Source: an uncultured Aminicenantes bacterium (GTDB taxonomy: Bacteria; Acidobacteriota; Aminicenantia; UBA2199). Taken from it: 64,000 bases of DNA. Below are positions 17,627 through 27,374 of the stretch, piece by piece. Numbering within the stretch: the stretch's first letter is position 1; each line of letters starts with the position of its first letter. The DNA lies in contig CBDAFS010000059.1 in NCBI GenBank assembly GCA_965195285.1, positions 1-64,000 of the forward strand, given 5' to 3'. The notes beneath the pieces were generated by a model. It was not told the origin of the DNA. It was given only the letters and a program-made list of their open reading frames with translations, and made no database searches. Made by a program: the position numbers and the translations under genes.

Positions 17627-19483
17627 ATGAAAAAAAAATTCTGGATATATATATGTCTGGCGGTTTCAATCCTGGCAGCTCTGTTGTTGCTCTGGCCACG
17701 GATCGCGGGTTCCGGACCTGATTTCTACCGCGTAGAAATACAGGGGATTGATCCCGATCCTTCCCGGTTCCGGGTCAATAAACAGATCGGCAAGCTTTAT
17801 TTTAAACGAAAAGACCGTGAGATTTTCCTGGAACATATCCCCAGTATCAGGGGCCAATATTTTTATCTGAACGGAGAAAAGCAGATTCTCATTAAGCCGG
17901 AGATATCCGGGGATATCGGGTTTTATACCCACCTATACTTTCAGACCGTCATCAAACGAGAGCCCATTGCTTTTATGCTGGAAAAGCTGAGCCGGGGTAA
18001 ACGCCAGAAAATTACCGAGATTCAATACGGAAGGATGTCCCGCCCGCTGTTTCAGACCCTCAAGCTGAGAAGCGGGGACCGTCTGAATCTGAAATTCAAG
18101 GGAACCGGTGTCGTGTATTTCAGCCAACCCATTATCTACCGGAAAAAGCCTGTTCAGGAACAGAGTCATGTCTTCCTCATCGGGGTCGATACCCTCAGGG
18201 GTGATCAGATCGGATTGAAGGTCGGCGGAAAATCCCTAACCCCCAATATCGATCGGTTTTTAAAGGATGGAGTGTGTTTCAAAAATGCCTATGCCCAGAG
18301 TCCCTGGACCATCCCTTCCTTTATCAGTCTGTTTACCGGTTTGTATGAATTCAATCATCAGGTTGATATCAGCCATCCACTGGACCTGGATAAAACCCTG
18401 CTAACTGAAAATTTATCAAAAAAATTCATTACCTTTGCTTTCCACGGCGGATGTGCCCTGGATGCCCGATGGGGTTATCACCGGGGCTTTGATTCTTATC
18501 AACTACTGGCTACTACCGGTCCCCTCTTCCCCGAGGGGGGGAAGGCCTTGTTCAACCGGACCATTTCATTTTTAAAACAATCTCAATTCCCCCGAGCGTT
18601 TTATTTCCTGCACACCTATCAGGTTCACTCTCCATACACCCCTCCTCGTGATTTTTTATACCGCCTGAATCCCAGGCCTAAAAATCTGGAATTAACCGCT
18701 ATCTCTCACGGGAATCTGGCCGAAAAGTATGTACCGGTGGAACCAGAAATGAGGCACTCTCTGGAGGAATTATACCGGGCAGAAGTGCTGGCCTTTGACA
18801 GTTATTTCGGACAATTCATCCGGGATTTGAAAAAAATGAACCTTTATGATCGGTCTTTCATTATTTTGATGTCCGACCATGGTGAAGAGTTTTTTGAACA
18901 TAAGGGATGGGAACACTGTCACAGTCTTTATGATGAGTTAATCCGGGTACCACTTGTCCTGAAATTTCCCCGCAACCGGTTCCACAACCGGGAGATTGAT
19001 GAACCGGTAGGGGTTATCGATATCATGCCCACTCTTCTGGACTATTACCGGATCCCATCCGATGGGATTGATATTGATGGAATCAGTTTACTGCCCTGGG
19101 TAACGGAGAACAGCGGAACCAAGCGGGAATATGTGATGAGCTCGGTTTCGGTCAGCCGCTACATATTGGCCCTTCCCCCCAAACTGGCTTTCCGGTTTGG
19201 TGATTACAAGCTGATTTATAACTTTCCCCTTTCAGATGAGGATCAAAAGTTTTTTAAATATCCCCCTCCTCCCAGCTCCCGGATCGAATTATTTAACCTC
19301 AGTCAGGATCCCTTAGAGATTCGGAACATTGCCGGTCTGGAAGAGAAAAAGGTCAAGCGATTCCTGCCCCTCATACTGGATATTAAAAAGCGAATCCAGA
19401 AAACAATCAGGGAACGGTCCAAAAGACCTTTGAAGCTTGATAAAGAGGTTCAAAAAAAACTAGAAACCCTGGGATATTTGTAA
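17627..19483 (+). CDS. Sulfatase-like (alkaline phosphatase superfamily) membrane-anchored hydrolase/transferase
   Basis: VDTLR, SPWTIPSFISLFTG, HSPY, SDHGEEF, RVPL, DIMPT, DPLE, C-terminal LETLGYL. Confidence 0.88.
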   Translation: MKKKFWIYICLAVSILAALLLLWPRIAGSGPDFYRVEIQGIDPDPSRFRVNKQIGKLYFKRKDREIFLEHIPSIRGQYFYLNGEKQILIKPEISGDIGFYTHLYFQTVIKREPIAFMLEKLSRGKRQKITEIQYGRMSRPLFQTLKLRSGDRLNLKFKGTGVVYFSQPIIYRKKPVQEQSHVFLIGVDTLRGDQIGLKVGGKSLTPNIDRFLKDGVCFKNAYAQSPWTIPSFISLFTGLYEFNHQVDISHPLDLDKTLLTENLSKKFITFAFHGGCALDARWGYHRGFDSYQLLATTGPLFPEGGKALFNRTISFLKQSQFPRAFYFLHTYQVHSPYTPPRDFLYRLNPRPKNLELTAISHGNLAEKYVPVEPEMRHSLEELYRAEVLAFDSYFGQFIRDLKKMNLYDRSFIILMSDHGEEFFEHKGWEHCHSLYDELIRVPLVLKFPRNRFHNREIDEPVGVIDIMPTLLDYYRIPSDGIDIDGISLLPWVTENSGTKREYVMSSVSVSRYILALPPKLAFRFGDYKLIYNFPLSDEDQKFFKYPPPPSSRIELFNLSQDPLEIRNIAGLEEKKVKRFLPLILDIKKRIQKTIRERSKRPLKLDKEVQKKLETLGYL

Positions 19484-19494
19484 GGGATTATCTC

Positions 19495-21618
19495 TCATAT
19501 AAATTGTAGAAAAAGAAAAGCCTGCTTGGCCCGGGTCCGGGTGCGGATTTCAATCGGGAATACGGTCCTGTTTTTGATTTTGATGGATTTCAGTTTTCTC
19601 CATTCTATCGAAAAACGGTCGGTTTTTTGCCGGTCGGAGCGGAACAGTCTTGAGGTCTTGTTGGTCACCCATACTTCCACCTGATCGGTATTGGCAAAGA
19701 CCAGGTTCAGGGATGGTCGCTGATCCCGGGGCTCTAGGAAAATCTTATAGGTGTTGCCGGCCAGTATATTGAATCCCTGCTGGTCCGGGATAAAACGGAA
19801 ATTTCTGGAATTGTTGAAAAAACTGATTTTATCATCCTGATAGCGGTTTTCGGGAATCAGGTGGACATGGGGGTAAAAACAGAACAGGTAGGTCAGCAAT
19901 AAAAAGAGAGACAATGAGATGAATACTTGTCGTTTTTTGGAGGGAAGGATCTTGTAAAATTTCAGATAAAAGAGGATCAGAAAAACCAGTACTGATCCGA
20001 TCCAAATATAATTAGCCAGGTGGGGAGATCCGGGTCTGGTTAGAAAAGAGGGGAACAACTTCCATAGATTAACGATGCTGCTGCCCATGAACAACAAAAA
20101 GGTAGAGCCCCGCTGAGTGGAATAACCGAATACCGGCTGGTAAATAAACAGGGGATAGTAAAAAAGCCAGAACAGGACAAAAACGCTCAGACCGGTGAGT
20201 AGTTTAAAACCATATCCGTTCTGGTCCCGGTTCTGCTTAAAGTAAAAGTTGGCAATCCATATTATGAAAATCCAGCTGACGAACATCAGGGGCCTGCCTG
20301 CCGGGGAATAGGCTCCGCGAACTGTGGTAAAGGCATGGAAAACAACATAGGGAACGGCAATCCAGAGCAAAATGTTCTGAAAGCGGATCCTGTTTTTGAA
20401 TCCCAGGAACATGAGAAAAAATACCGGGCTGTAAAAAAGCAGTCCGTCTCGCTGATCCAGAAAATAGGCCAGGAGGACTTTTACCCGCAATATCACCGGG
20501 ACCACAAAATAATCCTGAACGGGAAAGATTTCAGCCGGGTTGAAAGTCTGGTAGAGGTACTTGCAGAAAAGCATAAGCAAAATGAAATTTGCCAGAGGAA
20601 AGATGAAAAAATGCAAGATCGGTTTGATTTGTCTGGTTTTAATAATTTTAATTAGGATGAACAGGGCCAAGACAATCAGGGCCGGGTAGTACTTTACATG
20701 AAACCAGGCAACCGATGACAAGAAAAATCCGGATAACCAGTAATTCGTTTTTTCACCGAAAGCAAATATGAAGGCGGCCATCATCAGAGCGGCAGCCGGG
20801 AGTTCCGGATAGAGATGAATGGAATGAAAGACCAGAGGGTAAAGTCCCAAAAAAAGTATCCAGAGACCGGTGATTTTTTTGTCCGGGAATTGAATCTTCA
20901 ACAGGAAAAACAAGGCCAAACCGAAAAAGGCATTGATCAATCCAGCTACCAGACGGAAATACAATGGAGCCGGGATGAGTCCGGCCAGCAGATTGAACAG
21001 GGCATAAAACGGTACCAGTAAAAATGATACTCCGGGCATGTGATAGGACCGGTATCGTCCGTCCCGGATTTTTCCGTGGAATTGAAGGTCAGCCGGCAGG
21101 TATTTATAGTAGGTTTTGTTCTGGATATTGTTGTCCAGGTTAAAATCATGGTCCTCTACAATGCTCTGGGCAACCATGATATAGTGAGGTTCATCTCCGG
21201 ATAATTGGACACCCTGGAAATACAACAGAAACGAGGAAGCTGTAAATATCAGGAATGCCATCAACCAGATGACCAATGGCTTTGCAGGGGGGGATGATAA
21301 TTGGGGCCATCTGGGTTTCCCAGTCCTGGAGATATTGAATACATAAACAAGAAGGAAAAAGCAGAACATTCTAATCTTGAAGTCTCCGATGGTTGAATAG
21401 TGAATCAGGATCAGGGGAGTCAGGAGCATGAAGTGATAAGGGTTGAAGAGTTTGCCCTTTTTAAATCCAAACAGAAATTCCAGGAATACCATGACCGCGG
21501 TACTAAAAATCATCAGTTCAATACCCGAATGTCCGATCAACTGGGTGAGGTAAAATGCGCTCAATCCGAACAAAATTCCGGCTTTACTGATAAAGGGCAT
21601 GATATTCGCTACTTTCAT
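19495..21618 (-). CDS. Polytopic membrane protein, GT-C-like glycosyltransferase
   Basis: GDEPHY first-loop motif, many TM, FLDQRDGLLFYSP, soluble C-terminal beta domain. Confidence 0.65.
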   Translation of the reverse strand: MKVANIMPFISKAGILFGLSAFYLTQLIGHSGIELMIFSTAVMVFLEFLFGFKKGKLFNPYHFMLLTPLILIHYSTIGDFKIRMFCFFLLVYVFNISRTGKPRWPQLSSPPAKPLVIWLMAFLIFTASSFLLYFQGVQLSGDEPHYIMVAQSIVEDHDFNLDNNIQNKTYYKYLPADLQFHGKIRDGRYRSYHMPGVSFLLVPFYALFNLLAGLIPAPLYFRLVAGLINAFFGLALFFLLKIQFPDKKITGLWILFLGLYPLVFHSIHLYPELPAAALMMAAFIFAFGEKTNYWLSGFFLSSVAWFHVKYYPALIVLALFILIKIIKTRQIKPILHFFIFPLANFILLMLFCKYLYQTFNPAEIFPVQDYFVVPVILRVKVLLAYFLDQRDGLLFYSPVFFLMFLGFKNRIRFQNILLWIAVPYVVFHAFTTVRGAYSPAGRPLMFVSWIFIIWIANFYFKQNRDQNGYGFKLLTGLSVFVLFWLFYYPLFIYQPVFGYSTQRGSTFLLFMGSSIVNLWKLFPSFLTRPGSPHLANYIWIGSVLVFLILFYLKFYKILPSKKRQVFISLSLFLLLTYLFCFYPHVHLIPENRYQDDKISFFNNSRNFRFIPDQQGFNILAGNTYKIFLEPRDQRPSLNLVFANTDQVEVWVTNKTSRLFRSDRQKTDRFSIEWRKLKSIKIKNRTVFPIEIRTRTRAKQAFLFLQFI

Positions 21619-21707
21619 CTGAAAATTCCCCAGAATGATCTGGATTTATTTCGAACTTCATTTTAACATATCTGGCTTTTGAATGGCAAAATTATTCTGG
21701 TGTTGAT

Positions 21708-21737
21708 TTGACAGGGAAAATGTATTCGACGTATAAT
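21708..21737 (+). promoter_or_regulatory. Consensus sigma70 promoter
   Basis: TTGACA-18-TATAAT; shows that ATG 21736 is not the start. Confidence 0.75.
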
Positions 21738-21762
21738 GAAAATCACCACTGGATGTGGCCAG

Positions 21763-24018
21763 ATGACGGAACGGACCAAACCTCTATTTCTGAAAATATC
21801 GATTTTGTCAGGGTACCTGTCTTTTATTTTTCATTTAAAAAAAATAAACCTGCTGCTGATTGTGTCCCTGGTGTTTTTGCTGCTGGTGATCATTACCGAA
21901 TGGATGACGCGCCATTCCCACTGGTCCATCTTATTCCCCTTCTCATCCGGATTGCTGGTTCTGGTGATGAAATTTTTTTACTGGGATCAGTTTGATTTTG
22001 CCAGCCGGATCAATCATTTGATGATGATTGCCTTGGTCTTTTCTCTGGGGATTGCCTTCCACAAATTCAGGTTATTGAAACTGTTTTCAAATTTTTTCAG
22101 CCGGCTGAAAATCAGGAAAAAGTTGATTTTTATTTTTGTTTTTTCTGAAATCGTCTTGGTGATGGCCTCGCTGGTCTTGGTGGAAAAGGGGATCACCCTG
22201 GTGGGGGACGAAGCCCATTATCTGGTGATATCACAATCCATTGCCCGGGATTTGGATTTAAATGTGTTCAACCAGTATGCCCGGGACCAATATAAAGACT
22301 TCATTCCCCAGCACCTTCAATCCCATGCCAAGGTGGGAAAGGGCTTCAAAAAATGGTATTCGTTTCATCTGCCGGGACTGTCTGTAACCCTGTCCCCGTT
22401 TTTTATCTTTAAACTACCCCAACCGCTGCTCTATGTTTTGATTCGGATCTATCTGGGTCTTTTTGGCGCTTTATTGGCGGTACTGGTTTATCTGTTTTCT
22501 ATGAAGCTCTGGCAGAATGAGAGTCTGTCATTACGGGTGACCCTGGTATTCTGTTTGACCTCACCGGTTATTTTCCTGTCCATTCATATCTTTGCCGAGG
22601 TCCAGGCCTTGTTGCTGATTCTGAGTTCGGTGTATTTGTTGCTCTATGGAAAAAAAAATCCGAAACTTTCGCTGATGCTGGCCGGTATTTTACTCGGACT
22701 TACGGTTTTCTGGGGCATGAAGTATGTCATCTTCATTTATATTCTGGGGATTGGTTTTACAGGTTATTTCATCCGTAGGAAAGAATACCGGAAGATTTTT
22801 TGGTTTATTTTGTTTCCGGTTGTTTTTCAATTGCTATTCTTCTCGTATCTCTATCTGGCCTATGGGAATTTTTCGCCCATGTCCATTTACACCGGGGTTC
22901 TGAGCGAGAGTCAGGTTAGGGAATATTATGAAAACGTCAGGCAAATCAGCTTGAAAAACCGGCTCGAAACCCTGCTGGATTATTTTCTTGACCAGCGGGA
23001 CGGACTGTTGCTCTACAATCCTTTTTACTTCTTTTTTTTCCCGGGACTGATAATTGCCATCCGTAAATTCAGGAAGTACGGACCCCATTTGCTGTTATCA
23101 GTAGCCAGTTTTGTCTATCTGTTATATCATGGGTTTTCCACGGTCCGGCCCGGGGTTTGTCCCCAGGCCAGGTACCTGGTCCCTGTATTGTGGACCCTGA
23201 TGCTGTTTGCCATCATTTATTACCTGGAAACCCGTAACCGGTTCTTCAAAAAAATATTCTGGATGCTACCGTTCTACTCTTTTTTTGTGGTGGGCTTTCA
23301 ACTGTTCAATCCCTATACCCTCTACCAGACCACCACCCATGATTATCTCTATCGCCCCGGTTTAATGTTTCAGATGTGGAGCAGTATTCATCTGAATGTG
23401 TCGGGATTGCTTCCCTCCTTTATAAAGAGTGTTCCCGCTATACAGCTCCCTTATTTCAGGCCCAGCCACAATGAGGATTATATTCCCAATATCGTTGCCC
23501 TGTTGATTTTTCTGATCCTGGTGGTGATCTCCCTATTGCCCTGGAAACACGACCGGACCAGCTGGCTGGTTGCCGTGGCTTTTACCGGCCTGTTTGTCCT
23601 GTTTGTACTTTTCCCCAGAACTCCGCTATACAATCCGGTATCGGTCAACAAAAACGGGACGATCCCCCATTTGGTTCACGGTGCTGCTTTTCATCCTGGG
23701 AAAGTATCCCAAAAGAAATTCAACATTCGGGACAGCGGTGTCTTCAGATGTTTGATCTCCACTCGGAAAAAGGCAGGATATATCAGCCTGGAAGTGGAAA
23801 ATGAGGGTGTCGATAAAATAACTGCCGATCTTTATAATTTTGATAGCAGAATTGAGGGAATCAAGGATCTGGATGCCGGGACCCGCAGGATTGTCATTGA
23901 CAACCCTCGCTTCAGGAGTCTCTTTAACCGGTTTTTCTATCAATTAACCTTCAGGGTTAAAGGGGATACCGGTGATCACCCGCGGTTATCCATTGAATGC
24001 CTTCCCTTTAAAAAATGA
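21763..24018 (+). CDS. Polytopic membrane protein, GT-C-like (paralog of 19495..21618)
   Basis: GDEAHY, FLDQRDGLLLYNP, PQARYL; many TM. Confidence 0.65.
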   Translation: MTERTKPLFLKISILSGYLSFIFHLKKINLLLIVSLVFLLLVIITEWMTRHSHWSILFPFSSGLLVLVMKFFYWDQFDFASRINHLMMIALVFSLGIAFHKFRLLKLFSNFFSRLKIRKKLIFIFVFSEIVLVMASLVLVEKGITLVGDEAHYLVISQSIARDLDLNVFNQYARDQYKDFIPQHLQSHAKVGKGFKKWYSFHLPGLSVTLSPFFIFKLPQPLLYVLIRIYLGLFGALLAVLVYLFSMKLWQNESLSLRVTLVFCLTSPVIFLSIHIFAEVQALLLILSSVYLLLYGKKNPKLSLMLAGILLGLTVFWGMKYVIFIYILGIGFTGYFIRRKEYRKIFWFILFPVVFQLLFFSYLYLAYGNFSPMSIYTGVLSESQVREYYENVRQISLKNRLETLLDYFLDQRDGLLLYNPFYFFFFPGLIIAIRKFRKYGPHLLLSVASFVYLLYHGFSTVRPGVCPQARYLVPVLWTLMLFAIIYYLETRNRFFKKIFWMLPFYSFFVVGFQLFNPYTLYQTTTHDYLYRPGLMFQMWSSIHLNVSGLLPSFIKSVPAIQLPYFRPSHNEDYIPNIVALLIFLILVVISLLPWKHDRTSWLVAVAFTGLFVLFVLFPRTPLYNPVSVNKNGTIPHLVHGAAFHPGKVSQKKFNIRDSGVFRCLISTRKKAGYISLEVENEGVDKITADLYNFDSRIEGIKDLDAGTRRIVIDNPRFRSLFNRFFYQLTFRVKGDTGDHPRLSIECLPFKK

Positions 24019-24061
24019 GGGTATCGGTAAAAAAAAATCAAATAAAAGGATTCAGACCGGT

Positions 24062-24826
24062 TTACTTTTCCAGCTGCTTGATCAGGTCTCTGATATAGAC
24101 CTTCAATGATTCGGTTTCGGCTTTGGTGAGTGCCTTTTCCATAATGTCCAGGGCCTTTCTCTTGTTTCCCATTTTGATGTAAACCTGGCCGAGGTTGATC
24201 AGTATATTCACATCATCTTCGGTTAGGAGCGAGAGTGCCTTTTTGTAATAGGCCAGGGCTTCCTGGTGTTTATTTTCTTTATCGGCGATGATTCCCTTGA
24301 GATTGTAGGTAGGTGCAAAGTTTTTATTTTTATTCAAGGCCTTATCGGTATAGCGTTTGGCAGATTCAAGTTTGTTGTACTTCAGTTCCAGCATGGCCAG
24401 GTTGACGTATGCATTCTCAGGGGTGCGGTATTCTCTTGAGTTGGCGGCTTTTAGCAGATGTTCCTTGGCCAGGTCATACTTATTCAACTCGGTATAGATC
24501 AATCCCAGATTATTGTAGGTGTCGGAGAGTGCCGGATTTAATCGCATCAGCCTTTTAAAATAAGATATGGATTTGGGAAAATCCCGTTTGTACATATACA
24601 CCAGTCCCAGTCCGTTGAGAGCCCCTTCCAGGGTCGGACTTTTTGAAATGGCGGTTAGAAATTTTTTCTCCGCCATATCGATATTTCCCTCGTTGAGATA
24701 GAACAATCCCTGATTCATGATGTATTCAGGGGTTCCCGGTTGTGTTCTTCCCGGTATGGTGTTGGCTTTTTTTTTGCAGCCCAAAAAAGACAAAACAATC
24801 ATGATGACAATTATAGATTTTTTCAT
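24062..24826 (-). CDS. TPR lipoprotein (PilF/PilW-like)
   Basis: Lipobox FLGC; TPR repeats; AANSREYRTPENAYVNL resembles PilF. Confidence 0.75.
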   Translation of the reverse strand: MKKSIIVIMIVLSFLGCKKKANTIPGRTQPGTPEYIMNQGLFYLNEGNIDMAEKKFLTAISKSPTLEGALNGLGLVYMYKRDFPKSISYFKRLMRLNPALSDTYNNLGLIYTELNKYDLAKEHLLKAANSREYRTPENAYVNLAMLELKYNKLESAKRYTDKALNKNKNFAPTYNLKGIIADKENKHQEALAYYKKALSLLTEDDVNILINLGQVYIKMGNKRKALDIMEKALTKAETESLKVYIRDLIKQLEK

Positions 24827-26382
24827 TGGTTCCCCTTTTCTTTGATTACCTTATAGACGATTATGGGTTTTTTGATTCCATACAATTCTTTTTCTCCCAG
24901 GCATTCGAATTCAAAACGGTTCTTGGTCCTTTTGTGTACGGTTTCTGAAATCACAACCTCATCCGGTCCTGCCACTGAAGATTCGAGCCGGGAAGCGATA
25001 TTGACGGTATTGCCCAGTACTGTATAGTCGAAGCGTTTGGGTGACCCGAAATCACCGGCAATCAGTTTCCCGGTGTTGATACCGATCCGGATTCTGATTT
25101 TTTTGGGTTCCGGGACCTTTGTATTCATTTCTTTTAGTTTTTGTTGCATTTCCAGAGAAGTGATGATAGCGAGTTCGGAGTGATTTTCAACCGGAAAGGG
25201 CACACCAAAAACAGCCATAATGCCATCACCGAGATATTTATCCAGGGTGCCGTTGTATTTGAATATGATATCTGTCATTTCGGTAAAAAAGTTATTCAGG
25301 AATATTCCGGTTTCTACCGGTTTCATGTTTTCAGCTTTGTGTGTAAATCCCACAATATCCAGAAATAAAACCGAGGCATCGGATTCCTTGTAATCCAAAA
25401 ATTCATTGGAGACATCATCCTGGGATTCCATGATTTTGGAAACCACTGATGGAGACAGGTAACGCTCCAGCCGGCTGCGGATTTTTTTCTCCCGGTTCAG
25501 TTTGTTCAGGCTGTTGATGCCCTCTATGGACAGGCCGGTAAAATTGGCAATTATAGACAGTATTTCCAGATCCTTTTCGCTGAACGTCTCTTCAAAGTGA
25601 GTGGTGTCGATATAAATCAATCCATAGATGGAATTTTTAGTCCATATGGGAATGGCCATGGCTGACGTAATGCCATAAAGAATAATGCTTTCGGCTCCAT
25701 CGAAACGGGAATCATCCCGGGTATTTGATGAAAGAATAGCCACTTTTTCCTTGATGGCCTTCATGGCAATGGTTTTGGATATGTTGACTTTTTTGACCCC
25801 TTTCCCCTTATCGGTCTGGCAGAGTTTCAGATGGATTTCATCCTGCTTTTCATCATAAGAGAATATAAAAAGTCTTTTCAGATTGATATATTCAAAGATT
25901 AATTTTCCGATTTTTTCAAAGCTGTCTTCCAGGCTGGATGATGCAATGAGGTTTTTTCCCAGTTCGGTTAGTGAGGCCAGGAAATTCAATTCCTTTCCCT
26001 GGATGTCTGGCTTGGTTTTCACTTTCAATTCTTCAGAAAGCGGCAAAACCATTGATATTTTTTGATCATCAACATCATAATAATTTTCCATTTTGGGAAC
26101 CGGGAGGAACTTCAGGATGGTTCTGCCCAGGGCGATGTTGTCCCCCTTTTCCAGAATCTTTTCCTTGATCTGTTGTCCGTTGATATAGGAACCGTTGGTG
26201 CTGTTGAGGTCGATTAATTTATAACTGTCTTTTGTTTGCTGGAATTTGCAGTGTTTTCGTGAAATAGTCTTGTCATCTAACTGGAGGTCATTTGCCGGTA
26301 GTTTTCCGGCGGTGATGACTTCGTTGGTGAGGTAGAAGGCTCTGACTTCATCGTTGACAAGGTATTCTAGTTTAAATTCCAT
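24823..26382 (-). CDS. FHA-GAF-class III adenylate cyclase
   Basis: FHA (ISRKH, DLNSTNGSYING), GAF (DDSRF..SI, IYID), cyclase (FLDIVGFT, DKYLGDG, DYTVLGNTVNIASRLE). Confidence 0.92.
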   Translation of the reverse strand: MEFKLEYLVNDEVRAFYLTNEVITAGKLPANDLQLDDKTISRKHCKFQQTKDSYKLIDLNSTNGSYINGQQIKEKILEKGDNIALGRTILKFLPVPKMENYYDVDDQKISMVLPLSEELKVKTKPDIQGKELNFLASLTELGKNLIASSSLEDSFEKIGKLIFEYINLKRLFIFSYDEKQDEIHLKLCQTDKGKGVKKVNISKTIAMKAIKEKVAILSSNTRDDSRFDGAESIILYGITSAMAIPIWTKNSIYGLIYIDTTHFEETFSEKDLEILSIIANFTGLSIEGINSLNKLNREKKIRSRLERYLSPSVVSKIMESQDDVSNEFLDYKESDASVLFLDIVGFTHKAENMKPVETGIFLNNFFTEMTDIIFKYNGTLDKYLGDGIMAVFGVPFPVENHSELAIITSLEMQQKLKEMNTKVPEPKKIRIRIGINTGKLIAGDFGSPKRFDYTVLGNTVNIASRLESSVAGPDEVVISETVHKRTKNRFEFECLGEKELYGIKKPIIVYKVIKEKGNQ

Positions 26383-27374
26383 TCCGGTTTCAGGCTCCTT
26401 TTCATCAGCTCCTTGATGGCTTTGATGGGTGATTTTTTATTGAACAGTATCTGAAATACCCCGGATGAAATGGGCATGTCGATCATTAATTTCTCAGAGA
26501 GGGCCTGGATTGCCCGGGTGGTTTCAACGCCTTCGGCTATCATTACATTGGTTTTTTCGATCGATTCCAGGGTTTCGCCCTGGGCAATTCTGATACCCAG
26601 CTGGAAATTTCTGGACAGGGTGCCGAAACAGGTCAGTATCAAATCCCCGATCCCGGCCAGACCCCAGAAGGTTTCTTTTCTGGCGCCAAGACTGATCCCG
26701 AATCTGGAGATCTCCATGTTGGCACGGGTGATGAGTGCAGAGGTGGTGTTGTATCCGAATCCGCACCCGCTGGTTATGCCGGAGGCAATGGCCATAACAT
26801 TTTTTAGCGATCCGGCCACTTCGATTCCGGTCAGGTCATTACTGCGGTATATCCTCAGCACATTGGATGAAAACCGGGTTTGAATGGTCTTCAGCAGGGA
26901 TTCGTTGACTGAGCCAGCTACCACTGCTGTGGGGAAGTTCTGAACCAATTCCTTGGCAAATGAGGGGCCTGAAATGGTGATCCAGTTTTCAATGATATCC
27001 GTGCCCATGATGTCTGTGGCCAGCTGTGATATGGTTTTCAAGGATGTGGCTTCGAATCCCTTGGAAAGGTTAACAAGGATTTTGCCATCAACCATGTTTT
27101 TGATACGCTCGAAGGTGTAACGGATAAACTTGGAAGGAACTGCAAAGATAATAATATCAGCGGCCCGGGTTTCTGATTCAAGATCGGATATGGGGATCAG
27201 GTTTTCTGAAAGTTTGGTTCCGGGCAGAAACACATGATTTTCCCGTCTGGATTTGATGGAATCAATAATTTCCTCTTCTCTTACCCACATTTTAACCGGT
27301 TTGTTTTTGAGGGTCAGGTAATTGGCAAAAGCCGTTCCCCATGAACCCCCACCAATTACCAGTATATCAGCCAT
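26367..27374 (-). CDS. gpsA: NAD(P)H-dependent glycerol-3-phosphate dehydrogenase
   Basis: GGGSWGTA, SGPSFAKE, LKNVMAIA, GLAGIGDLILTC, SRN. Confidence 0.96.
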   Translation of the reverse strand: MADILVIGGGSWGTAFANYLTLKNKPVKMWVREEEIIDSIKSRRENHVFLPGTKLSENLIPISDLESETRAADIIIFAVPSKFIRYTFERIKNMVDGKILVNLSKGFEATSLKTISQLATDIMGTDIIENWITISGPSFAKELVQNFPTAVVAGSVNESLLKTIQTRFSSNVLRIYRSNDLTGIEVAGSLKNVMAIASGITSGCGFGYNTTSALITRANMEISRFGISLGARKETFWGLAGIGDLILTCFGTLSRNFQLGIRIAQGETLESIEKTNVMIAEGVETTRAIQALSEKLMIDMPISSGVFQILFNKKSPIKAIKELMKRSLKPEWNLN

